Shown here: positions 29,200 to 43,598 of the stretch, in pieces
Numbering within the stretch: the first letter of the stretch is position 1
Layout of the letters: each line of letters opens with the position of its first letter
Assembly (NCBI GenBank): GCA_964016885.1
Contig: OZ024741.1
Coordinates: 261,640,001 to 261,704,000, forward strand
DNA from: Eledone cirrhosa
Taxonomy: Eukaryota
Direction of reading: 5' to 3'
Length of the DNA: 64,000 nt
The notes under the pieces: model-generated
The model's database searches: none
Told to the model about the DNA's origin: nothing
What the model saw: only the letters and a program-made list of their open reading frames with translations
Made by a program: the position numbers and the translations under genes

Positions 29200-32100
29200 C
29201 GCTTGTCAGATTCAGGTGTGTGACGCTCGGATATGGCATTTCAAGCCTGCTAGAGACTTGCACTCCTTCACACACTGACGACAACTATGGATCTCCCTTG
29301 CTTGAGGTCCTGCATCAGGTTGGCCGTGAACCCTCACAACACCATGGAGATCATAGTTCACTGGTTCTCTTTGTACATGGCTGCGACTGTGGCTCCTGAG
29401 ACCAGATTTTCTCAAGCAAATTTTTCCACACTCAGGGCACTTCAATTCAATGGAGACACCGATCGTTTCGAGAGATACACCAGGGCATTGATTACGCACA
29501 TCCCGTTTGATCTTCTCGTGCTCTATGCGTTTGTCCTCAAAATTATGGACCCCATCATTCACTATTCCATGCCAAGTTTCTCTTTCAAGAACTTCTATCT
29601 CCCAGTCAGCCGTCATCAAACCATTTCTTTTTCAATGAGTCCTTTACACAATCCTTGAATCGGAGCCTTGGCTTGTGAAGTGGTCTCTTACCCTCACAAA
29701 ACTCGCCATACAAGAATTGTTTTGGGATTCGATCATCCTCCATTCTGCAGAGGTGTCCGGTCCATACTTTCAATGCTCCGACACTCACTTCTCTCAAGTA
29801 CCTCAACATCACACACATGATGAACATAAATACAAGGCAAACAAAGTTGGTGCAGGTATATCACCCTGCTTGACACCATTTTCAACCGAGATTGGCTCAG
29901 ATAGTTTACCTCCAACATTCACCCATGCCTGCATGTCATCGTGGAAGAGTTTCAGAATGTTCACAAACTTTTCGGGACAGCCCAATCGCTCCAAAATAAC
30001 CCACAAAGCCTTCCGATTAACCGTGTCAAATACCTTGGTCAGATCGACAAAAACTTGATATAAGTCCATGCGCTGCTCACTGCATTTCTTCTGAAGTTGT
30101 TTGGCCTAGAAGATCATGTCAACACTGCCTCTGCCATTCCTAAAGCCACATTGCTGTTGAGGTACTTCCTGAGTCCCAATGTGCTGTATAAATCTGTCTA
30201 ACAAAATCCTGCACAAGATCTTCCCAGCCACAGATAGCAGTGCGATACCTCTGTAGTTGCCACAGTCATCTTTGGCTCCTTTTCCTTTGTAAAGTACCAC
30301 CATCAATGCATCTTTCCAGTCCTGTGGTACATCTTATTCATTCCAAACTTTCACAAAAAGATCAGTGAGGCGGTTTAAGAAGTTATCACCAGCATACTTG
30401 AAAATCTCGGCACTCAGTCCATCCACACCAGGCGATCTGCCACTGTTTAATTTGGCAAGGCCTTCGCCACCTCATCAAATGAAGGAGGATCAGCCATTGC
30501 CATCAATTTCTGATGGTCTGTTGAGAAGCTCATCAAAGTGGTCACGCCACCTGATCAGGATTTCCTTCGGATCTCTGAGCAATTCCTTGCCATCCCTGGA
30601 GCGAAGTGGTGATATTTGTGAACCGGTCGGACCATACACCTCCCTGATCAGACTATATAAAAGTTTTGTATCATGTCTATCTGAGGCCTTCTGGATTTCA
30701 TCAGCCTTTTGGTTCCACCAGGCATCCTGCATGGCTTTCAATCGATGTTGCACACGTGCCTTGATCTGCCTGAAGGTCCGGTCACTCTTGTCAGAATGTG
30801 TCTCACACAACAATGATGTCAGCACTTTTTGTTTCTCTTCAAGCAAGGTCTGGATCACTGCATCATTTTCATCGAACCAGTCTTTATGCTTTCTATTGAT
30901 ATGACTCAAACCTCCAGCACTAACATCATAGATGGTTTTCTTCAATGATTCCTATGTTTTTTCACATTCCATGGTCTCAAGGGACTTCGACAGCTCAGCT
31001 CTGACTTTCTCTGTTTTCAGACGAGCCATGTTTAGTTGTTTTGGAAGTGCAACCTTCTTCCCCCTTACTCTGGGCTTCACAACAAATTGAAATTTGGCGC
31101 TCACCAGACGATGGTTAGTCCAACATTCTGCGCCTCGCAATACACGAACCAATGTGATATCTCTGATATCACGTTTCCTCGTTAAAGCCAAGTCAATAAG
31201 GTGCCACTTCTTGGAACCTGGATGCGTTCACGTTGTCTTATATTTGTCTTTCTGCTGAAAGAGCGTGTTCCCAACAACAAGATACATCTCAATGCACATC
31301 TGCAACAGAAGTAGGCCATTGTTATTGAATTTACCTAATTCATGCTTGCCCATCACACTCCAAGCTTCCCAGTCATTACCAACACGTGCATTAAAATCAC
31401 CAGAGTCACAAAGCGGTTTTGAATCAGAGGGACTCTCATGGACATTATCCAATCATTGAATCCACAAGGAAGATTTTCCAGCTTTGAGACGATTCCATTC
31501 CTGACAGCAAATGCGACCCCTGCCTCTCTCCTACACCCCTCTGCTCCACCAACCCAATAGAAGGTATATCCTCCCCTCTGTTCTGTGAATTGACCCTCAT
31601 CTGCCAATCTCGTTTCTGAAAGAGCAACGATGTCCATGCTACAGCGATTGAGTTCCCTCGACACCAAAGCAGATCTTCTTTCAGGGCAAGTTTCACTGGA
31701 CTGGGACTCAAGTAAAGTTATACATTCCAGCATACAATATTCAGAGGTTTGAACCACTTTGCTGTTGCAGGATGACAACCGCGCCCAAACTGCGGTTTCC
31801 TTGGGACACCTGCCGGACCAGACCCCTTCACAATAAGTTCCAGAGCCCTTACTGCCATTGACTTCAAGGTTATCATCTGCCATCATAGAGTTTGGCGCAC
31901 TTTTAGGCTACGGTCAACCACACGAACCTGTAACAGATCCTGAACAAGCGATGCCTGTGCTTTGAAGGTTTTTTAAGTGGCGAAAGGCCTTGCACGCGAC
32001 CAATCCCACTCTCTAAGCATCGAAAACACTACCCGAAAAGGAGAACTGGTCAACATCATCGGATGTTTCCGAAGCCGCAGGTTTTTTTCAGAGTTTCTCT

Positions 32101-32335
32101 CTCCTAGTTGTGACAACAACTGGAGGCCTTTCACTCCTCGGTAAAAAAAAGTACTATTTGGATGGCCGTTGACTCTGCTGAGTTCCTCCGCCCTTTGCCG
32201 GGTCTTGTATTTCATCCCACAGGGTGTCCAAATATCACCCTCCTCACCAAGCAAGCTGGGTTGCCGGTTTAGTCACCGACGACCCGACCATGAGACAGGT
32301 AGTACTGGGTTACATAATACCAGTAGCACTCGAGA
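29200..32335 (-). mobile_element. Decayed RTE-clade LINE: 5'UTR, APE endonuclease, partial RT, C-terminal C2H2 fingers
   Basis: DIVALSETR/YTFYW (APE), GDFNARVG, YKGKG..CGNYRGIALL, QCGFR, FVDLTKVFD, GVKQG, WTGHLCRMEDDRIPKQFLYGE, CPECGK..H..SH. Many frameshifts. Confidence 0.9.
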
Positions 32336-32366
32336 GCAGCCTGACACACACATACATACATACATA

Positions 32367-32411
<45 letters not shown>

Positions 32412-32413
<2 letters not shown>

Positions 32414-34089
32414 GATAAATCTACCAAAATTATACGGTAGTGTCCAATCCGTATGAAGAACTCAATGTAATCCAAATTTCATGAAAAGAGATGTATTAAA
32501 ACAATTTTTTTCGATGAAAATCACAGGAATACAGAGTCAAGATAAATTAATAAAAACAATGAATAAAAACAAAGAAACAGTTCCTTATATTAAAAAGTTC
32601 ATCATTTTACGATCGTTTCTAGGATATATATGTGTGTTGGTATGTATATCATATAGATCTATGTAGAAATTTTACAAACTATCAGAGGGAATATACATAC
32701 CTACACGTTTATTGAAAAAAACCAACAAGGATTTAATATAATAGGTCTGTTTGTGAACAGGTTTTGAATTGACCAATAGAAAAGTAGTAAGTGGTCAAGT
32801 TGATAGAATAGTAGTAGTAGAAATTTAATTTAGGGGTAGAGGAATGCAGACTTCAGTTTTGAATGGAAAGAACACTTTGAATGAAAAGATTACTTTGGGC
32901 ATGAAAAGAGGTGAAGCCGGTGGAAAGTACACGAAAATTTGATATTATTAAAGAATAATACTAATGTTAAAATCGAAGGAGAATAAAATGTTAGGGTAAA
33001 TGTGTTAGTGAGAAATACCAATCTTATTTAAAACATAAGGAATTTAGATCTATAACAAGAAATTAAATTAATTTAATTGATAGGTATACTTATAGGGATA
33101 AATTTATATCATATAGATGTGATAAATAAGAGTTAGATGTTATTAAAGAATGTTGTTTAAAACGAAGGAAAAAATGTTTGGGGGATAAATGTGTTAGTGA
33201 GAAATAACAAACTTATATAGACTACAAGGAATTTAGATTCATAACAGGAAATTAAAATAGTTTATATGTATACTTATAGGTATTAATTTTATGAAAAGAG
33301 AGCTGTAAAAGGGAAATAAAATTATGAAGTTCTCGGTAGTAAAATACTAATTATATGTTAACTAAAGTAAAATTAAAAATTAAAAAAACTAATTATAATT
33401 TGTAAAATATAAGTGTAAGGTGTATATTAATTAGGTTTATAATATTTGAAAGTTCTTCTAATTCTATGATTGCACGATATAATTAATTCTTGTCGCTTAT
33501 TTAATAGGATAGCCTTAGATTTCATTATTTCAAAAAGTTCCTGGGAACATAACCTACACTGATATCTGTTATTTAGATAAGGGGTGGCCCTTTTGAGCAC
33601 ACTCCAGGTCAGGTTATAATCGATATTTTTTTTTCTATAATTATTAATTATTTCAGCCAAGGATGTTGTATTAGCTAATGCGGCATTTTAAAAATTATGT
33701 TTGTGGGTATTAAATCTTACTTTAAATTGGTTAGAAGTAGCTCCTATATATGAATAAGTTGAGTCCTTAGTGTTAATTTTACATTTATATACTATGTTAT
33801 TAATAAGACAATTTCCTTTTAATGGGCAATTTGCTTTGTTTCTACAGTTACAACCATTCGTGAATATTATATCAGGGGAGTTAGTCAAATTTGGTGTGGA
33901 ATTTACGCGACTTGTTATATGTGAAGGAGATGGTGGTTTGTTGCGGTTTATTTTAGTATTATGGTTAGTTTGATGTGTTGGTGGTATATTCATGATTTTT
34001 TTTACATTTATATGCATTGTAGGCACGTATATTTTGTTGTATATTTTTGCTAGTGGAGTAGGAAAATTTGACCGTTGATCTTTTTAAAA
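32412..34089 (-). mobile_element. Penelope-like element 1, left inverted arm (GIY-YIG plus 3' region)
   Basis: Reverse complement of ~34831-36660; CNCRNKANCPLKGNCL..IVYKC..YIGATSNQFKVRF. Confidence 0.9.
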
Positions 34090-36874
<2,785 letters not shown>

Positions 36875-38001
36875 CTATTTCCCACTCTACTACCCTAAGT
36901 ATTGAGTACTCTGGTGCGTTATGGTCCATCTGGTTCCTTATCACATTTCTTTTGTTATATATATATATATATATATATACATAGTGATTGTGAAAACCGG
37001 AGCTCATTACTGCTATTTTGTGGATGTGTTTATTTCACAAGATCTTTTTTATTGGAGAAGGATAGACATTTTAAAATGTATTCTTTAATCAGTATGGTCA
37101 ATTTCATACACAGAAATAGAGAGGACTTTCTTTTAATTTTATTTATTCGATATAAAAATTAAATGATAGTATTGTAGTTGTGTGTGGGGCCCTGGAAACC
37201 AATATCTTTAATGTGATTTTGGTAGTATTTACGGTTCCTAAGTATTCTATTAGTAGAACTTTTTATGTTGAAAGGGCTTGGCTGTTATTTCTAGCTGTCG
37301 ATAACCCTATTCATGCCACTGACTTGACAGTGGGGTGGTGTGTTTTTTTAGACAACATGTGCTTTTCACCGTTATTCCCTGATTTACTTTTAGTGTGTAA
37401 TCCTAGATAGTTAAATCTTCTCCTTTGCTGATGATCCAAGATTTGACATCTATGTTTCACCAATTAATGGTGAAATATATTTCTTCAATGGAATATATAC
37501 AAAGGAGATTAATCATTATTGCAAGGTATCCAGGGTTCTTGTTAATTTTTAATATGTTACCTCCGTAATTATGTGTGTTTACACTCTTTACAAATTAGCC
37601 CCTGTAATTGTTTGATGTGTTTATTTTATATACATATGTCATTCGACTTTTAATTCAATGTTAATAAATGCTCGGATTTATTACTTGGAATCTTTGAGGT
37701 TATTCCGCAGGTGATATGGCGCATGCTTCTGATATTCTCAGACATGGCATATTTAATATAATTTTGGTAGTATATATATATATATCAAATTAAAAATATT
37801 GATATTGTTTGCAGCAATATGCACTTTAGAAGTGCATCATCGCTGTGATGTTGATAAGGCTTATCAAGAGACCTCTCAAAAAGGACTGTTTCTTGACGCG
37901 TTCGTAGCAAGTGAGAAATTCTCGAGAGGCGGCGGGAGAAATTAACACGTGATACAGTGGTTACAGGAGGGTAGTAAAGGTGGACAGTAAGCGAATACCG
38001 T

Positions 38002-38038
<37 letters not shown>

Positions 38039-38084
38039 CAAAATTCAATAAGACCAACGATTAATATTATTACTATTTATTTAT

Positions 38085-38129
38085 ACATCTACGGTCGTTT
38101 CAACGCGACTAGAATACTTCTTCAATTGT
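38085..38129 (-). ncRNA. Degenerate type I hammerhead-like motif
   Basis: - strand: aca-a-UUGAAGA-agtat..gcgtt-GAAA-CGACCG-UA-gatgt, followed by AAUAAA; stems I and II are imperfect. Confidence 0.4.
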
Positions 38130-38181
38130 GGAGAAAAACTAAATATTATCAGTTAACTGATTTTACCAATGAAAAATAGTG

Positions 38182-38244
<63 letters not shown>

Positions 38245-38259
38245 ATATATATATATATA

Positions 38260-39275
38260 TAATAAAATGTTGTAGTTTGCTTGAAGCATGTATATAATAT
38301 ATAATATGGAAAGTGATGTAAGGCTAAACAATGCAAAGTGGACGTCATTTAATTTTTCCCTCTTTCTTTTTCTTTTTGTTATTGCAAACATTATATAACC
38401 GAATTGAAATTTGTCGAATAAATAAAAGATGAAGGTAACGGATAAGTTAGTAACCAGGTAATCTTTGTTTTGTTTTTTGTTGATGTTTGGGACTTAAAAT
38501 TTCCTTCTTCGGAGTATCAGGAACTTTCAGAGAAAAATGTAGCTTTCTTCTCTTTGGAATTAAATAATTTAGATTTAAATTTTATAGACCACTTTCAAGC
38601 ATTGTTTGATGTTTGCTTTGTTATTCACGAGAAGGATGGCGCCAATTGCCGATATAATATTTCATTGAATCAATTTTCTTTTTTTTTGTTTTGTATGAAA
38701 TGTTTTTTAGGTTGCGTGTGATGTGTGTCCTTTTATGAAAAGTACTGTGTGCTGAGTTCTAATCTATTATTTATTTGCGGGTTGAGTCTACATATGAGCA
38801 AGGCTTCCTTAATTCTTAAATTGCCCACACTTCTATCTCTGGCTTCAATATTGACTGTTATATTTTTTGCTGTTTCTGCATTTGTCAATGTGTTTTTTAA
38901 TGAGGAAGCGTGTGTGTTGATGTGTTCGTTAACGCAGGTGTGAGCGCTCGAGTCGTGCTACCAATGTAGAACTCCTTACATTTATTTCATTCAATCCGGT
39001 ATACCTCATGTGTCCGCTGGCATATACCTGTGTCGCGGATAGGGCAATTAGTCAGTGAGCATCATTGGTTGTTGTTGTCTCCTCTAACACATGATTCATG
39101 AAAATACCACACTCCAGCGAAAGCATAACAACAGCTGTCCACAGAGCCATCCGCAAAGAAGGACTGGGCATACAAATTAGCACACTCCGGCCCTTCGCTG
39201 CGTGGATACCTATCTAAAAAGCAATCCAGAAATAACATGAACCAATGCTCGCTGACTAATTGCCCTATCCGCAGT
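38260..39275 (-). mobile_element. Penelope-like element 3: GIY-YIG/3' region on - (38260-39070) and short inverted piece on + (39090-39275)
   Basis: CSLTNCPIR..VYRIE..FYIGSTTR..NLRIKEALLI.RLNPQINNRLE on -; KIPH..RAIRKEGL..AHSGPSLR on +; tail MLQANYNILL. Homologous to the 55-59 kb PLE. Confidence 0.8.
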
Positions 39276-39279
39276 ATTA

Positions 39280-39970
39280 AGAACTAGGCCGTCAGCTACG
39301 GTCATGAGGACTATAATAAACAATAGTGGACTGAGTGAGGTTTGATAAACTTCTACCTGCACATCGAATTCTTCACAAGACTCATTACTTGCTCTCACTT
39401 CATTGACAGCACGTTTGCACATTTCAGCATCTCAGCGACGAGCTTTAATGGTACAACTGCTTTTCCATTTTCCATTTCCCCAATTGCTTCTATTACCCTG
39501 TAACTATTAAGAACGATAATATGTATTTATGTTAAGTCGTTCCCCCTCATTCTCCACATTCATCAACCTTTCACGATAATATTTTCGAACTTCTTTCGCT
39601 TAAGCATCAGGGAAACTACGCGTACTCGGGTAATTCAGAACACATTTTCCCTCAACAATATCCTGGTTGACACTGGTGCACTGCAGAATATTGTTAAACT
39701 TCCTGCTATCAGTTTCTTCTACGTGTTATATTGTTCATTGTTGTCTCATATTCCAATGTCTTTATGTCTGTCTCTTAGATTTAAGAGGTCTGTTTACAAT
39801 GATGTTACCCTCTCAGATTACCCTTCGTATAGCTGATTCTTTGTACCAGTCACAGGTCCCGTCACTATGCTCCAGTATGTTTTCTCATGGAAACTCCCAA
39901 TTGTACTGTGTATCATATGTATCTATTCATCGTCCCTTCTATCCTATGCGTCACGTAGAGCTTTTCTGAA
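39280..39970 (-). mobile_element. Decayed RTE LINE fragments
   Basis: RLMNVENE, GKAV, EEFDVQV..LSPLLFIIVL. Confidence 0.55.
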
Positions 39971-40169
39971 ACTATATTCAACTGAGGGGCCTTTTAGCTT
40001 CGATGTCACAGAGGAGTGGAAATTATGTGTTATCGGAGTGTATTGATGGTAGTGTGGGGCGTTAATGGAGTGGAGGTGTTGTCACTGGAATGTGGTATTA
40101 GTGGAATGGTAAGCGCCTGTTGAAGATGGATGAAAATACATATTTTTCTTCTCTTACACTTGTCCCCTT

Positions 40170-40453
40170 ACAGAGTTATGATATATTCACAACAAAACGG
40201 TATATGTATATTACACATAGAGGGCGCCATCGGTCACTAATGACCATGGTTTTGCACCTGAAATGTTCCCCGCCGAAGCACAAGACTGGGCAATGTGTGT
40301 TTGTGGAACACCAACAGTCACTCATGCATAGCCCACGCAACCGATGACCTTGCAACTCATTTCTACAGCTGTGAAATAAAGTGCCTTGCTCAAGGACAGA
40401 ACGCATCACCCGGTGTTAAACTCATAACCTCTCAATTGCAAGCTCAACACTCC
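40170..40453 (-). mobile_element. tRNA-derived SINE body; its 5' head lies at 44279-44310, split by the Gypsy insertion
   Basis: GTCCTTGAGCAAGGCACTTTATTTCACA core as in the intact copy at 63137-63475; head GGCGCATGGCTTAGTGG lies beyond the LTR. Confidence 0.75.
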
Positions 40454-41130
40454 ACTAACGGATAGATGGAATTGTTGGTATGATGGTTTCAATGCAAAGA
40501 ATAATACCAGGATTGTGTTGTTACAATGTTTATTTTATTATAACAATATTCAATTTGAATATTGACTGATAAAATCTATAACATGAAATATTCGTACACT
40601 AAGTTGGTGGTTCTTCGAGCCACGTCAGTACAAGTATCACAGAATACGATATAATATAATTTGTATTGTATCTGAAAGATACAATATGACAGACAGAAAT
40701 GGTGCATGTAAAAATGCAAGCAATGTGAACGTGTGTGCGTATTAGTATACTTTCTTGTCTTAGCAGTAGTAGTAATCAATCAGCCATGCGGGAATGGCAT
40801 GTGAGAAATTAGTGGACAGACTGGTTTTTCGTGAAGGGAGTTTGACAGCGTAAGTGAATACCTCCTCTCTTATCTGTAGTACCACATTTTCTGCTGGGCA
40901 TAAACAAATCCTTGTATTTACAACTTCGTTGAAGTTAGAAGGATGGATATATCATGTGACGTCTGGTTAGGGTTGGTCTGCCGGGTGTAAACAACCCTTG
41001 TATCTATAACGGTTGAAGTTAGAAGGGTGGATATATCATCTGACCTCTTTTCTGCCGTGCGTAAACAACCGTCATCTGACCTGTGGTTAGCAGCTCCCAA
41101 GGGGTTGATCTGCCGGGCGCAAACAACCAA

Positions 41131-42871
41131 CTCAGCGCGACAGCTGCTGAGTTGGTGGCACCCTTAATGTACCGAATATCAGTAGTGTACTGAGAAATGA
41201 AGTCCAGATGTCGGACCTCCCTGGCTGAGTGGCGATCAGGCTTGGCGTTGAACGCGTACACTAGTGGTTTGTGGTTGGTGTATATGGAGAACACACAACC
41301 TTCTAGCATGTGTCGAAAATTCTTGACAGCAAGGTGTGCTGCCAATAATTCACGACTGAATGTATTGTACTTAGTTTCGGCGGGTTTTAATCGCTTAGAG
41401 AAAAAATATACAGGTCGCCAAATATCGCCAGAGAGTTGTTGAAGCACACCTCCAACTCCGAAATCGGATGCATCAGTCAATAAACACATTGGGGTGTCAG
41501 GTTTGGGTAACTCAGCATTGTAGCCTCGGACAACATTTTCTTCAACTCAGCGAAAGCGGTACATTCTTTTTCGCTGAGATTGATGTTCGCGTTTTTGGTT
41601 GTACGCTGCCGCAGCAAATCTGTGAGTGGTTGGGCTGTCTCTGCACAGTGGGGTATAAATCTTCTGTAGAAGTTCACCAGGCCAAGAAATTCTCGCAGTT
41701 TGCGGAGAGATGTGGGCTGTGGATAATCAATGATGGATTAGACCTTCTCCTTAAGTGGACGAATGCCATCTTTATCAATGATGTGTCCCAGAAAATGAAG
41801 GGACGCAACTCCGAACTCACATTTGCTGGGGTTGATAACAATTCCGTATTCACACAAACGTTCGAATAGCAGGTGCAGGTATTTCTCATGTTCTCCTTCG
41901 GAGCCGCTCGCCACCAGTAAGTCGTCGATGTATGCGTATACAAAAGGTAGACCTCTGGTGACTGTATCAATGAACCATTGGAATGTCTGCGCTGCATTGC
42001 GCAAACCGAAAGGCATACGCAGGAATTCGAACATTCCAAAGGGTGTTGTGACGGCGGTCTTCGGAATATCAGCGGGCTCCACAGGTATCTGATTGTAAGC
42101 TCGCACAAGATCGATCATCGAAAATATGCAAGCTCCGTGCAGCGAGCTAGAGAAGTCCTGTATATGAGGCACTGGATAAGAGTCAGGCACGGTGCAGTTG
42201 TTCAGTGCACGGTAGTCGCCACAGATTCGCCAGTCGTTCGACAATTTCTTGGGTACACAGTGTATGGTGAGGACCAGTTGCTGCTGGAAGGATGTATGAT
42301 GCCGAGATCCAGCATGTGTTGAAATTCTTGTCTGACGGACTTCAGACGGTCTGGTGGTAGCCTTCTAGGTCATGCAGCGACAGGTGGGCCGTGTGTTTTT
42401 ATGTGGCAGGTGACGTCATGTTTTACAGGCCAGGCGTTGAATACTGGTCGAGCTATATCTGGGTATTTGTTGATTATATAGCTGTGCCGGGTTGTTGTTG
42501 CCGATCGTGAAATAACAGTTTTTCATGTCCACTGTCAGCGAGAAGTGCTGAAGAAAGTCAGCTCCTAAAATAGAGGTCGGCAGCTTAGCCACAACGAAAA
42601 CCCACTGGAAAGTGCGGCGTAGTTCTAAATTCAGTGTCATGGACTGCTCTCCGTAGGTTGGAATAGGTCAATGATTCACCGCTTGGAGCCAGGCTGGTGT
42701 TTCTTTCCTTTTTCCAGGAACGCAGGAAACCGGGATGATGCTGACTTCAGCCCCGGTGTCGACCAAGAAACGCGGCGTGCCTGTGACGCGATCCTGAATG
42801 AAAAACAGGCGACTTTGATTATGAAGGCCAGAATCGTCCGCCGCATTCAGTTTCTGGCTGTGTCGTTTCCC
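41131..42871 (-). pseudogene. pol: Gypsy pol (PR-RT-RNase H), fragmented, no integrase
   Basis: [55 protein letters not shown]. Confidence 0.9.
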
Positions 42872-43544
42872 TGATTCGACATCGACACAAATGAACAGGG
42901 ATGGCTGCACTTGCGCGCCCGCCTTCCGAATTTTTGGTGGTACCAACACATTTCTGGTGAATCACGGGATGCGCTCGGACTTCTAGGGCGACTACCGAAT
43001 CGTCGAGTTTGACTGTTAGACTGACGCGTGACAGGGTTACCCAGTGACAAGGCCTGAATTTGTTGCGACAAGGCCTGTATCTGTGTTGCTTGCTGTGCCA
43101 GTAACTGGTGTAGATCGGGCATCTCTGTGGCACTGTAGGGTTGAAGGAAAGAATTGGTGGAAGGCACGGCTGGCGTCACATTCGCCGTAGGAGTTGCGTC
43201 GCCTTTATATCTCCTATTTCCTCCGATATGAGGAGCTGGTGCAAGCGCTTCTGCTGCGACTCCGACGTCCTCTTAATCAACGTTGTTTTAAATGTGTCAT
43301 ATGACACAGAGCCGGGTGGTGTTAAAATGAGGTCTCGAACCTCATTCATAATCTCCGGAGACATCGAACCAATGACATGTGTGAGACAAGATGCCTCGCT
43401 AACGATCCGGTTCGATGCGAACTGCGCTTCGATGTGCGCGAACCACAGTGTTGGATCGTGCACCCAGAATGGTGGTATCCTTAATGTAAACGCCGCCCGG
43501 ACTGCCATTTCTGCCGTAGATGAATCGTTGTGTGCTAGGGACAT
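42847..43544 (-). pseudogene. gag: Gypsy gag (frameshifted)
   Basis: ORFs 43176-43544 and 42847-43179; CWYHQKFGRRARKCSHPC. Confidence 0.85.
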
Positions 43545-43580
43545 CGTTTGTTGTGGATGATCAGAAGGTTGTTTGTCTGT

Positions 43581-43598
43581 ATCACGTCGGGGTCACCA
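43581..43598 (-). promoter_or_regulatory. Primer binding site for tRNA-Trp
   Basis: TGGTGACCCCGACGTGAT, 2 nt from the 5' LTR end; complementary to the metazoan tRNA-Trp 3' end (recalled sequence). Confidence 0.85.
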
